This document shows positions 9,793 to 17,588 of a DNA stretch of 51,732 bases, in pieces. Each line of letters begins with the position of its first letter. Positions within the stretch are counted from its first letter, which is position 1. Origin of the DNA: an uncultured Candidatus Saccharibacteria bacterium. Its GTDB lineage: Bacteria; Patescibacteriota; Doudnabacteria; UBA920. The position numbers were made by a program, and so were the translations under genes. The stretch lies in NCBI GenBank assembly GCA_964512925.1, contig CAZEKH010000006.1:1-51732 (forward strand). Direction: 5' to 3'. The notes beneath the pieces are model-generated. The model made no database searches. It worked only from the letters and a program-made list of their open reading frames with translations, and had not been told where the DNA came from.

Positions 9793-11919
9793 ATGAAAAA
9801 TACTATCCAAGAGTTAGCAAAACTTATCCGCTACTGGTCTTTGGTTTCAACCACTGAGGCGGGGAGTGGGCACCCGACTTCCAGTATGTCTGCCGCTGAT
9901 CTGATGACTGTTTTATTTTTTGGAGGCTTGTCCTCCGAAGCCTCGGCGAAGGAGGGATATTTTAAGTTTGACCTGCAAAATCCAGGTTACGAAAACAACG
10001 ACAGACTGATTTTTTCCAAAGGCCACGCAAGCCCGCTTTTTTATGCGCTTTGGGCAGCAGCAGGTCAGAGGGTTATTGGAAGTAGTCAAAACGACATAAG
10101 TTCGACCTCTCCCTCAATCCCTCCCCAGGCCTGGGGAGGGAGGGAAGATGGCGGGGCAGCTGCGGCACAGACGCGGACTTACGCGGACCAGGCTGCAAAC
10201 GCTGACTCACGCGGAAAAATTACAAGGGCGATGGATCCGGAGGAATTATTCACACTCAGAAAATTCGGAAGCCGGCTGGAGGGGCACCCTACTTTGGAGT
10301 TTCCTTATACCGAAGTTCCGACCGGAAGTTTGGGGCAGGGCCTTTCTGTGGGCGTAGGAATGGCAATGTCCGCAAAGCTCGACAAGTTAAGCTACAGGAC
10401 TTTTGTTTTGCTTGGCGACAGCGAAATGGCCGAGGGCAGTGTATGGGAAGCTATGGCTTTGGCTTCGCACTATAAGCTGAACAATTTAGTGGGAATAATA
10501 GATGTAAACCGCCTCGGGCAACGCGGAGAAACTATGCTTGGGCACGACACCGAAACATACAAAAAACGCGCCGAGGCTTTTGGGTGGGAGGCTTATGTAA
10601 TAGATGGACATAATTTGGAAGAGATTGGGTCAGTTTATCAGAAAATCAGTCAATCAGTAGATAAGCCGGCAATGATTATTGCCAAAACTTTGAAAGGCAA
10701 GGGTGTGTCGTTTTTGGAAGACAAAGACAATTGGCACGGAAAAGCGCTTTCGAAAGAAGATTTGGAGAAGGCTTTGAAGGAGTTGGGGGAGGTGGATAAG
10801 AGTCTATTTGGCATTATTTCTTTTCCAGAAGCTGTAGCCTCACCCCAGCCCTCTCCGACAGCGGAGAGGGTGCCGAAGGCGGGTGAGGTAAAAGCGACAG
10901 ATTATCCGCCAGACAAAAAAATTGCGACCAGGAAGGCTTATGGTAATTTATTGCCGGCTTTGTCTGAAGCTTTTCCTAATCTGGTAGTTTTGGACGCGGA
11001 AACTTCTAATTCCACTTATGCCGAAGCTATAAAAAAAACTCATCCGGAAAAATTTAGTGAGTGTTTTATAGCCGAGCAAAATATGGTTGGTATGGCCTTG
11101 GGTTTTTCTAAACGAGGTAAAATTCCTTTTGTTTCCACTTTTGCCGCATTTTTGTCCCGCGCTTTTGACCAGATCCGGATGTCCCAGTTTGCCGGAAGTA
11201 ATATTAAATTTATCGGCTCTCACGCCGGGGTCAGCATAGGGGAAGACGGCGCAAGTCAGATGGCGCTGGAAGACATTGCAATGTTTAGAACGATGCATAA
11301 TTGTGTAGTTTTGTATCCTTCGGACGCTGTTTCGGCAGAAAAGTTAATAGTTGAGGCAACTAAACATTTTGGCAATGTATATATTCGCACGACCAGGATG
11401 GAAACAGAAGTGATTTATGCAAATGACAAAATTGACATAAATGACAAGAGTGATCAAAAATTGATGAATCATAACTTCAGGATTGGGGGAAGCTGTACTA
11501 TCAAATCTTCAGATAAAGATATTGCTACTGTCATAGGCGCGGGCGTTACGCTTCACGAGGCTTTGAAGGCTTACGAGATTTTGCAAAAAGAAAACATCAA
11601 CATTCGGGTTATAGATTTATATTCCATCAAACCCATCGACACCGAAACTTTGGTAAAAGCCGCCAAAGAGACTAAAAATATCATTGTCGTAGAAGACCAT
11701 TACCCCGAAGGCGGCATAGGAGAAGCCATAGCTTCTTCAATTCTGGACTCGTTCTCTCCAAGCCTTGGAGAGAAGGCGGGTAGAGAGGTTGGAGACTTTA
11801 AATTTACAAGTTTAGCAGTCAAAAAAATGCCGAAGAGCGGGAAGTCGGAAGAGTTGTTGGCTTATGAGGAGATAGATGCGGAGGCGATAGCAAAAGCAGT
11901 GAAAAATATTTTGAAATAA
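9793..11919 (+). CDS. tkt: Transketolase (N- and C-terminal halves fused) with several short in-frame insertions
   Basis: TEAGSGHPTSSMSAADL, SKGHASP, GSLGQGLSVGVGMA and GDSEMAEGSVWEA (TPP-binding half); AEQNMVGMALG and VEDHYPEGGIGEA (Pyr/C-terminal half). Confidence 0.9.
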   Translation: MKNTIQELAKLIRYWSLVSTTEAGSGHPTSSMSAADLMTVLFFGGLSSEASAKEGYFKFDLQNPGYENNDRLIFSKGHASPLFYALWAAAGQRVIGSSQNDISSTSPSIPPQAWGGREDGGAAAAQTRTYADQAANADSRGKITRAMDPEELFTLRKFGSRLEGHPTLEFPYTEVPTGSLGQGLSVGVGMAMSAKLDKLSYRTFVLLGDSEMAEGSVWEAMALASHYKLNNLVGIIDVNRLGQRGETMLGHDTETYKKRAEAFGWEAYVIDGHNLEEIGSVYQKISQSVDKPAMIIAKTLKGKGVSFLEDKDNWHGKALSKEDLEKALKELGEVDKSLFGIISFPEAVASPQPSPTAERVPKAGEVKATDYPPDKKIATRKAYGNLLPALSEAFPNLVVLDAETSNSTYAEAIKKTHPEKFSECFIAEQNMVGMALGFSKRGKIPFVSTFAAFLSRAFDQIRMSQFAGSNIKFIGSHAGVSIGEDGASQMALEDIAMFRTMHNCVVLYPSDAVSAEKLIVEATKHFGNVYIRTTRMETEVIYANDKIDINDKSDQKLMNHNFRIGGSCTIKSSDKDIATVIGAGVTLHEALKAYEILQKENINIRVIDLYSIKPIDTETLVKAAKETKNIIVVEDHYPEGGIGEAIASSILDSFSPSLGEKAGREVGDFKFTSLAVKKMPKSGKSEELLAYEEIDAEAIAKAVKNILK
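9927..9957. repeat. Palindromic element copy (TTGTCCTCC..GAAGGAGG type) inside tkt
   Basis: The sequence cttgtcctccgaagcctcggcgaaggaggga encodes LSSEASAKEG. Near-identical copies lie at 45012-45042 and, in reverse complement, within 8059-8090. Confidence 0.6.
10106..10147. repeat. Palindromic element copy inside tkt
   Basis: ccctccccaggcctggggaggg (10119-10140) is a perfect 22-nt palindrome, flanked by tccct/aggga. It lies within extra sequence of about 50 aa relative to canonical transketolases. Confidence 0.7.
10838..10888. repeat. Nested palindromic element copy at the tkt N-half/C-half junction
   Basis: The sequence is CCTCACCCcagCCCTCTCCgacagcGGAGAGGGtgccgaaggcGGGTGAGG. GTAG lies immediately 5' (10834-10837). 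It encodes SPQPSPTAERVPKAGEV. Confidence 0.75.
11752..11774. repeat. Palindromic element copy near the tkt C-terminus
   Basis: ttctctccaag c cttggagagaa has perfect 11-nt arms. It encodes part of SFSPSLGEKAGRE. Confidence 0.6.
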
Positions 11920-11951
11920 GACATGGACACAGTTATAAGTTTAAAATCCAG

Positions 11952-12066
11952 GTCATCCCGGAACCCGCCTTGGGCGGGTATCCGGGATCCAGGGTTAGTT
12001 GCTTAAACTTACGATATGATAATAAACTCCTGGATCCCGGCTCTCGTTTGACTCGGCCGGGATGAC
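11952..12066. repeat. Two-hairpin MITE-like element, empty copy, inverted relative to the 49487-49856 copy
   Basis: Left arm gtcatcccggaacccgccttgggcgggtatccgggatccaggg, 34-nt spacer, right arm cctggatcccggctctcgtttgactcggccgggatgaca. The termini TGTCATCCCGG / CCGGGATGACA are inverted repeats. Confidence 0.8.
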
Positions 12067-12129
12067 AGAGTGAAATATAAAATTACTATATTTATCTGTA
12101 TATCAGTATCAAATCAGTAATCATATATT

Positions 12130-13152
12130 ATGGATCGCAATTTAGCTTTAGAATTTGTACGCGTTACCGAAGCTGCGGCTATTGCTGCAAGCAGGTGGAT
12201 AGGCAAGGGCGAGGCCAAAAAAGCTGACGGAGCCGCGGTTAAAGAAATGCGCGCGCGTTTTAACCAGATAGATTTTCGCGGGGTAGTGGTTATAGGCGAA
12301 GGCGCCAAAGACGAAGCCCCGGAACTTTTTCAGGGTGAAAAAGTTGGGTCAGGCTGGCAGAACTCCCCTAACCCCTCTTTAGCAAAGAGGGGGAGCGCTG
12401 CTTTTGAGGATAAGCATAATACAAAATACATAATACAAAATACAAACACTTTCGACCTCGCCGTAGATCCTCTCGAATGCACTGACTCTGTTGCCTTCGG
12501 CCGCTACAACGCAATGTCAGTTATTGCCGCAGGAAGCAAGGGGAGTTTGCTTTCAGCCCCTGATACTTATATGGAAAAGATTGCCGCAGGGCCGAAAGCT
12601 TCTAAAGTAATTAGTTTAAACAAAACCCCAAAACAAAATATAGAAAATGTAGCCAAAGCACTTGGAAAAAAAGTTTCAGAAATTACAGTTTGTGTTTTAG
12701 ACCGCGAGAGGCATAAAAGTTTAATCGAACAAATAAGAAAAGCTGGGGCAAGAGTTCGTCTTATCACCGATGGTGATGTAGCCGGAGCCATAGCGACTTG
12801 TATGCCAGAAAGCGGGATTGATCTTTTAATGGGCATAGGTGCTTCAGCAGAAGCTGTTTTGGCAAGCGCAGCAATCCGAGCGCTCGGAGGACAGCTAGAG
12901 GCTCGCTTCAAGCCTAAAACTGAAGCTCATTCAATTTTAGTAAAAAAACAAGGCTTGTCCCTGACAAAAATTTACCAAGCAAGAGATTTGGTAAAGGGGA
13001 ATGTGTTAACTTTTACTGCCACTGGCATCATTGACGGCCCGCTTTTAAAGGGAGTGAGAACCTATGGTAATATAATAGAGACCCATTCTATCGTGATCCG
13101 GGCAAAAAGCGGAACAATTAGATATATTAATACTCAACATAGAACAAAATAA
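12130..13152 (+). CDS. glpX: Class II fructose-1,6-bisphosphatase (GlpX-type FBP/SBPase) with an in-frame insertion of about 28 aa
   Basis: LALEFVRVTEAAAIAASRWIGKG..ADGAAV, AVDPLECT, ITDGDVAGAI and GIGASAEAVLASAAIRALGG closely follow E. coli GlpX as I recall it. Confidence 0.9.
   Translation: MDRNLALEFVRVTEAAAIAASRWIGKGEAKKADGAAVKEMRARFNQIDFRGVVVIGEGAKDEAPELFQGEKVGSGWQNSPNPSLAKRGSAAFEDKHNTKYIIQNTNTFDLAVDPLECTDSVAFGRYNAMSVIAAGSKGSLLSAPDTYMEKIAAGPKASKVISLNKTPKQNIENVAKALGKKVSEITVCVLDRERHKSLIEQIRKAGARVRLITDGDVAGAIATCMPESGIDLLMGIGASAEAVLASAAIRALGGQLEARFKPKTEAHSILVKKQGLSLTKIYQARDLVKGNVLTFTATGIIDGPLLKGVRTYGNIIETHSIVIRAKSGTIRYINTQHRTK
12363..12395. repeat. Palindromic element copy inside glpX
   Basis: cccctcttt agc aaagagggg is a 9-bp perfect stem. 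It encodes NSPNPSLAKRGS. The same core occurs at 42263-42285. Confidence 0.7.
12415..12442 (+). repeat. 14-nt tandem direct repeat (2 copies plus a partial one) inside glpX
   Basis: cataatacaaaata occurs twice, followed by caaaca. It lies within the same insertion and encodes HNTKYIIQNTN. Confidence 0.8.
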
Positions 13153-13153
13153 T

Positions 13154-13675
13154 ATGTGGCATAATCATAGTATTAAGTCTTCTTCAGAGTTAGGGCACAA
13201 TGTTGAGTCTGGGTCAGTAGATTTAACTGATATGGGATGGTGGCTTAATGAGTTAAGACAAACACCACCCCAATTTTCAGAAGAAGAAATATCATATTTT
13301 TTTTATAAAAATATTGAACATAGAATAAGAGAATTTAAAAACACTTTAACCGAAGAACAGGCACTGGAGCATATTATCTCTGAATTAAAAGGTCAAGTAG
13401 AAATAACTTTTGAATTTAAGAAGCATTTGATTAGTTTAATTTCAAAAATTTATTCCGTGGATGCTAAAAGTTTTAAACAAACTAAAAGTGATGTTGAGAG
13501 TTCGGATTTAAATTTACAAATTCAAAAATATATAGAGTCATTAGTAGAAAAAAAAGAAATTCAGATAAATCGTAAATTAACTCAGCCGGAAGTTGAAGAA
13601 ATTAAAGACAAGTTGCGAGGGTATATTGTGGCTTTGTTGTTAGTTTCGTCAATAAATAATTATTTAAATTCTTAA
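13154..13675 (+). CDS. Hypothetical acidic helical protein
   Basis: ORF tightly packed between glpX (1-nt gap) and fba. No motif is recognised. Confidence 0.45.
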   Translation: MWHNHSIKSSSELGHNVESGSVDLTDMGWWLNELRQTPPQFSEEEISYFFYKNIEHRIREFKNTLTEEQALEHIISELKGQVEITFEFKKHLISLISKIYSVDAKSFKQTKSDVESSDLNLQIQKYIESLVEKKEIQINRKLTQPEVEEIKDKLRGYIVALLLVSSINNYLNS

Positions 13676-13684
13676 TATTTGTCC

Positions 13685-14734
13685 ATGAACAAAGAACAAT
13701 TACAAACAATCGCAAAACAAATGGTCGCAGAGGGTAAGGGGATACTCGCTGCCGACGAGAGTATGAACACGGTAGGCAAAAGGTTTGCCGCCATTAACTT
13801 GGAAAACAACGAAGAAAACAGGCGCGCTTTTAGGCATATGCTGCTTACAGCGCCCGATGAAGCCGAGTACATAAGCGGCGTGATTTTGTTTGACGAAACT
13901 ATCCGGCAGAACGACTTAAATGGCAAGTCGTTTGTACAAACTCTTCAAGAAGAAGGAATTTTGCCGGGCATTAAAGTAGACCTTGGCCTTACGCCTATGA
14001 AAGAGGGAAGTTTGGAACAACTGACAAAAGGCCTGGACACCTTGGACCAGAGGCTAAAAGAATATGTTTCTTTAGGCGCAAAATTTTGCAAATGGCGCAG
14101 CGTGACGACCATTGGCGAGGGTATGCCGAGTGACGAAAATGTCAGGCAGAACGCGAAAGACCTGGCTCAGTATGCTTTAATATGCCAGCAAAACGGCCTG
14201 GTGCCTATGGTTGAGCCGGAAGTGCTTTTGGAAGGTTCTCATAGCATAGAGCAGTCTGAAATGGCAACGGAAAAAATCTTAACCGCTCTTTTTGAAGAAA
14301 TGAAAAACTCAGGGGTTATTTTTGAAGGAACAATACTTAAAACCAGTATGGTTATTTCCGGCAGTAAGTCCGGGGTCAAAGATACGCCGGAGCAAGTAGC
14401 CGAGGCGACTGTCAGGCTGTTTAACAAAGCTATCCCGGAAAATCTGCCTGGCGTGGTATTTTTATCAGGTGGGCAGGGCGATGTGCAGGCAACCGAAAAT
14501 TTAAACGCCATAAACCAAAAAGGTTCATTTCCCTGGCCGGTAACTTTTTCCTATGCCAGGGCGCTTCAGGACGCGGCCACTAAAGTCTGGACAGGTAAGC
14601 CGGAAAACATACAAGCGGCGCAAAAAGCTTTCCTTCATAGAGCCAAGATGAACAGCCTCGCCAGCCTCGGGCAGTATTCTTCGGAAATGGAAGCGGGTTT
14701 TTCTTCCACCGAAGCGTCAGTAACGCAAAACTAA
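13685..14734 (+). CDS. fba: Class I fructose-bisphosphate aldolase
   Basis: GKGILAADESMNTVGKRF, ISGVILFDET, LPGIKVD, KWRSV, EPEVL and the FLSGGQ motif series are present. ATG 13685 is preferred over TTG 13679. Confidence 0.9.
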   Translation: MNKEQLQTIAKQMVAEGKGILAADESMNTVGKRFAAINLENNEENRRAFRHMLLTAPDEAEYISGVILFDETIRQNDLNGKSFVQTLQEEGILPGIKVDLGLTPMKEGSLEQLTKGLDTLDQRLKEYVSLGAKFCKWRSVTTIGEGMPSDENVRQNAKDLAQYALICQQNGLVPMVEPEVLLEGSHSIEQSEMATEKILTALFEEMKNSGVIFEGTILKTSMVISGSKSGVKDTPEQVAEATVRLFNKAIPENLPGVVFLSGGQGDVQATENLNAINQKGSFPWPVTFSYARALQDAATKVWTGKPENIQAAQKAFLHRAKMNSLASLGQYSSEMEAGFSSTEASVTQN

Positions 14735-14829
14735 GCTTTTTACGGAATACGGAAAATCAGTACGGATATACGGAAAAAAACTACAAGTTAATTAATCCGT
14801 ATATCCGTAAGTATTCGTACTCCGTAAGG
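14735..14829. repeat. TACGGA-arm hairpin element, empty copy
   Basis: Left arm ctttttacggaatacggaaaatcagtacggatatacggaaaaa, about 18-nt spacer, right arm tccgtatatccgtaagtattcgtactccgtaagg. The arms are homologous to those flanking 15703..16095. Confidence 0.8.
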
Positions 14830-14871
14830 TTAAATCTTTAAATCAAAAATCATTAAATCTTAAATTAAAAA

Positions 14872-15645
14872 ATGATTCCTCTCATCAAAAAAACTCAAAA
14901 AGATTCCAACAATCACGACCAGGAAGTGGTGTGTTTTACTTCCCAAGGGCGGGAGATCTGCATCCCTGCCAATCAGCTTGAACATCTGTTTAAGAAAGGC
15001 ACCACGCGCGAAGTTTCCAGCTGGACTATTATGAAGATACTGGCTGAGTTTATAGCCGGTTTTGATTTTTTGAAAAAATTTAAAAAATCTGTCAGTTTTA
15101 TGGGTTCAGCCAGGATAGGGCTTCAAAATGGGGTTTATAAGGAAGCTGAAGACTTGGCGTTTAAGCTGTCAAAATCCGGTTTTAGCATTATCACCGGAGG
15201 CGGTCCGGGCATAATGGAAGCGGCCAACAAGGGGGCTTATGAAGCCGGCGGCAAAAGCGTAGGTATCAATATTAAACTACCTTTTGAACAGCGCACCAAC
15301 CAGTATGTCAAAGAATCGGAAAGTTTTTCTTTTTTCTTTACCAGAAAAGTGATGCTGGAAACCGCTTCTTCCATCTACATCTTTTTTCCTGGCGGTTTTG
15401 GCACGCTGGATGAGCTGTTTGAAATGGTAACCTTGATTCAAACCCGTAAGATCCGTCCTGTGCCGGTCATACTGGTGAACAAAGCTTTTTGGCAGCCGCT
15501 TTTGGACTGGATGAAAAACACTATCTGTAAAGACAACAAGGCTATTGGGGAAAAAGATATGGATATTTTTAACCTGGTGGACAATGCGGACGAAGCCTAC
15601 AAACTGATCAAAGAACTGTCCAAAGATAAACATTTGTTTAACTGA
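14872..15645 (+). CDS. LOG family / TIGR00730 Rossmann-fold nucleotide-binding protein
   Basis: GGGPGIMEAANKGA and PGGFGTLDELFE motifs are present. Confidence 0.85.
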   Translation: MIPLIKKTQKDSNNHDQEVVCFTSQGREICIPANQLEHLFKKGTTREVSSWTIMKILAEFIAGFDFLKKFKKSVSFMGSARIGLQNGVYKEAEDLAFKLSKSGFSIITGGGPGIMEAANKGAYEAGGKSVGINIKLPFEQRTNQYVKESESFSFFFTRKVMLETASSIYIFFPGGFGTLDELFEMVTLIQTRKIRPVPVILVNKAFWQPLLDWMKNTICKDNKAIGEKDMDIFNLVDNADEAYKLIKELSKDKHLFN

Positions 15646-16137
15646 CTTTACGGAGTACGGAAAAGACAGTACGGATATACGGAAAAATAAAATTTTTTTA
15701 ATATGTCTGTAGAAACAAAAAAAGATTTGGTATTTTCTGAATTGAGCGGTAGAGTGATAGGGATTTTATTGGATGTATATAATCAATTGGGTTATGGTCA
15801 TCCTGAAAAAACCTACCAAAAAGCGCTATGTGTTGCTTTCAAAAAAGCCGGCATATCTTATGTTGAACAGCTTTATGTACCGGTAATTTTTGAAGAAAAA
15901 GTGGTAGGAAAAAACTATTTTGATTTTTTGATTGAAGATAAACTGGTGCTTGAAATAAAAAAAGGAGACTATTTTTCCAAAACCCACATTGACCAGGTAT
16001 ATAAATATCTTGTAAGTAAAAATTTAAAATTAGGAATATTGGCTTATTTCGCGCCTAGGACTGTACATTTAAAGCGAGTTGTAAATTTATACTAAATGTA
16101 TTTTCCGTATATCCGTAAATTTCCGTATTCCGTAAAG
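15646..16137 (+). mobile_element. TACGGA-arm hairpin element carrying a GxxExxY (PD-(D/E)XK-like) gene
   Basis: The arms ctttacggagtacggaaaagacagtacggatatacggaaaaa (15646-15687) and ttttccgtatatccgtaaatttccgtattccgtaaag (16101-16137) are inverted repeats that bracket the ORF. Confidence 0.7.
15703..16095 (+). CDS. GxxExxY family protein (PD-(D/E)XK nuclease-like fold)
   Basis: The signature GYGHPEKTYQKAL (G-x-x-E-x-x-Y) is present, followed by D..IEDKLVLEIK (D..E.K nuclease-like). Length is 130 aa. Confidence 0.8.
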   Translation: MSVETKKDLVFSELSGRVIGILLDVYNQLGYGHPEKTYQKALCVAFKKAGISYVEQLYVPVIFEEKVVGKNYFDFLIEDKLVLEIKKGDYFSKTHIDQVYKYLVSKNLKLGILAYFAPRTVHLKRVVNLY

Positions 16138-16145
16138 ATAACTTT

Positions 16146-17045
16146 ATGACAAAATTTTTTCTCGACTCCGGCGATCCGAAAGAAACCAAAGAGGCTTTGG
16201 CGGTTTTGGGTCAGCTGGACGGCCAGACGACCAATCCGTCACTCATTGCTAAAAATCCAGATGCGGTCGGTAAAAAGTTTTCTGAAAGCGAGATTCAAGA
16301 TTTTTACCAGAGAGTGGTAGGGGAGATATCGGCTATGATCCCGAGCGGTAGTGTGTCCATAGAAGTCTATGCTGACCTTGAAACCACAGCGGAACAAATG
16401 GTTAGGCAGGGCAGGCAGTACAACACCTGGATACCAAACGCGCATATTAAGCTGCCTATCACAAAAGAAGGCCTGAGGGCTGCCAATGTTTTGGTTTTAG
16501 AAGGTATAAATGTCAATATGACCCTGTGTTTCTCACAGGAGCAGGCCGCGGCTGTCTATGCTGCAACCAAGGGCGCCAAAAAAGGCCAGGTATTTTTGTC
16601 GCCGTTTGTCGGCCGCCTGGACGACATCGGCTTTCGGGGTATGGATTTGGTGGAAAATATTTTAAAAATGTACAGCAAAGCTTCTAAAGCAACCTCTCTG
16701 TCCGCAGCCCCGGACATCTCCCCTCGCCAGGGGAGAGAAGGTTCTTTGGAGGGGGTGTGTCACGTAGAAGTTTTGGCTGCCAGTATAAGAAGCCTCGGGC
16801 ATATGGATGAATGTATAAAAGCCAATGTGGATATAATTACAGCTCCTTTGAAAATTTTGAAAGAATGGCAGATATTAAGTCATCAGTCATCAGTTGTCAG
16901 TGATCAGTTAAAATTAAAACCAATAGCATATAAACAAATAGACCTAAACCAAGCTTGGGACAGCTTTGATATCCAGCACGAGCTTACAGACAAAGGGCTG
17001 AAAAAATTTGCCGAGGACTGGAACAATTTAATTGCTCAGAAATAA
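16146..17045 (+). CDS. tal: Transaldolase (short Fsa/TalC-type) with in-frame insertions
   Basis: FFLDSGDP, GQTTNPSLIAK, IKLPIT.EGL, NVNMTLCFS, SPFVGRLDD and HELTDKGLKKFAEDW are present. At 299 aa it is longer than the roughly 215-220 aa usual for this type. Confidence 0.85.
   Translation: MTKFFLDSGDPKETKEALAVLGQLDGQTTNPSLIAKNPDAVGKKFSESEIQDFYQRVVGEISAMIPSGSVSIEVYADLETTAEQMVRQGRQYNTWIPNAHIKLPITKEGLRAANVLVLEGINVNMTLCFSQEQAAAVYAATKGAKKGQVFLSPFVGRLDDIGFRGMDLVENILKMYSKASKATSLSAAPDISPRQGREGSLEGVCHVEVLAASIRSLGHMDECIKANVDIITAPLKILKEWQILSHQSSVVSDQLKLKPIAYKQIDLNQAWDSFDIQHELTDKGLKKFAEDWNNLIAQK
16717..16736. repeat. Palindromic element copy inside tal
   Basis: tctcccct cgcc aggggaga is an 8-bp perfect stem. 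It encodes DISPRQGRE within extra sequence between MYSK and VEVLAASIRS. Confidence 0.6.
16881..16908 (+). repeat. 4 x 7-nt tandem repeat inside tal
   Basis: The units are catcagt catcagt tgtcagt gatcagt. They encode HQSSVVSDQ. Confidence 0.7.
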
Positions 17046-17075
17046 ATAAAATTGAACAAAATTGAACAAAATTTA

Positions 17076-17119
17076 GACCAAAGAAAAAAGACCAATTGAC
17101 TGGTCTTTTTTCTTTGGTC
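17076..17119. terminator. Bidirectional terminator hairpin between tal and tRNA-Pro
   Basis: A perfect 19-bp stem gaccaaagaaaaaagacca / tggtcttttttctttggtc with a 6-nt loop. The 3' arm overlaps the encoded CCA end of the tRNA. Confidence 0.7.
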
Positions 17120-17188
17120 GGGATGCTGGGAATTGAACCCAGTCTACCTGCTCCCAAAGCAGGCGTACTACCGGTATACTACATCCCG
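17115..17188 (-). tRNA. tRNA-Pro (anticodon UGG), CCA encoded
   Basis: The minus strand reads CGGGATG-TA-GTATACCGGTAGTAC-G-CCTGC-TTTGGGA-GCAGG-TAGA-CTGGG-TTCAATT-CCCAG-CATCCCG-A-CCA. The cloverleaf has a 7-bp acceptor stem and a canonical T-loop. Confidence 0.9.
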
Positions 17189-17205
17189 AAAATTGATACC
17201 TGATG

Positions 17206-17234
17206 AGTTTAGCATCTAATTAGATTTTTGACAA
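17206..17234 (-). promoter_or_regulatory. Candidate sigma70 promoter for tRNA-Pro
   Basis: The minus strand reads TTGTCA-17 nt-TAAACT. The -10 ends 17 nt upstream of the mature tRNA 5' end. Confidence 0.5.
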
Positions 17235-17256
17235 ATAGGGGAGAATGTATTATAAT
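17228..17256 (+). promoter_or_regulatory. Consensus sigma70 promoter (TTGACA-17-TATAAT)
   Basis: The -35 is ttgaca at 17228-17233, the spacer is 17 nt and the -10 is tataat at 17251-17256. The -35 overlaps the divergent tRNA promoter -35. Confidence 0.6.
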
Positions 17257-17464
17257 CAGGTTATATTTAATATTTGAACTTTGATTTTTGCTTTTTATCC
17301 TATGTGTATAAAGTCTGAAGTTGTCCACAGGAGCTATAATCTAGCTTAAGTAAGCTAAAAAGTCTGTGTATAACTTTAGGCTTTTTATTTGTTTTTATAC
17401 TTACATTTTTTGTAACATTCCATATAAAAGCCCGTCTTTATTAACACTACAGTTATTGTGATTT

Positions 17465-17504
17465 CCGATTAACTGATTTACTGAATATCTGATTCACTAA
17501 CTGT
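17465..17504 (+). repeat. 5 x 8-nt tandem array (CTGATTNA)
   Basis: The units are ccgattaa ctgattta ctgaatat ctgattca ctaactgt, in noncoding DNA. Confidence 0.6.
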
Positions 17505-17510
17505 AATTTA

Positions 17511-17588
17511 CCCCGCACCAAAATTTCAAAGTATTAAAGGTTGCGCGGTAAAATTTCCCAAACCGAAATGTAAAGTTTTGGTGCGGGG
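17511..17588. repeat. Long-range inverted repeat / hairpin in noncoding DNA
   Basis: ccccgcaccaaaa (17511-17523) pairs perfectly with ttttggtgcgggg (17576-17588). The intervening sequence is 52 nt. Confidence 0.6.

Noticed and set aside
10066-10233. Intein or intron as the explanation for the tkt (and glpX, tal) insertions
   Set aside because: The insertions are only about 10-55 aa and lack intein block residues (N-terminal Cys/Ser, C-terminal HN plus Cys/Ser/Thr). They are also far too short for group I or II introns. The palindromic repeat-DNA origin fits better.
10148-10357. 69-aa alternative-frame ORF within the tkt insertion region
   Set aside because: It is Arg-rich and arises from GC-rich repeat DNA. 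The tkt frame stays open and resumes conserved motifs downstream.
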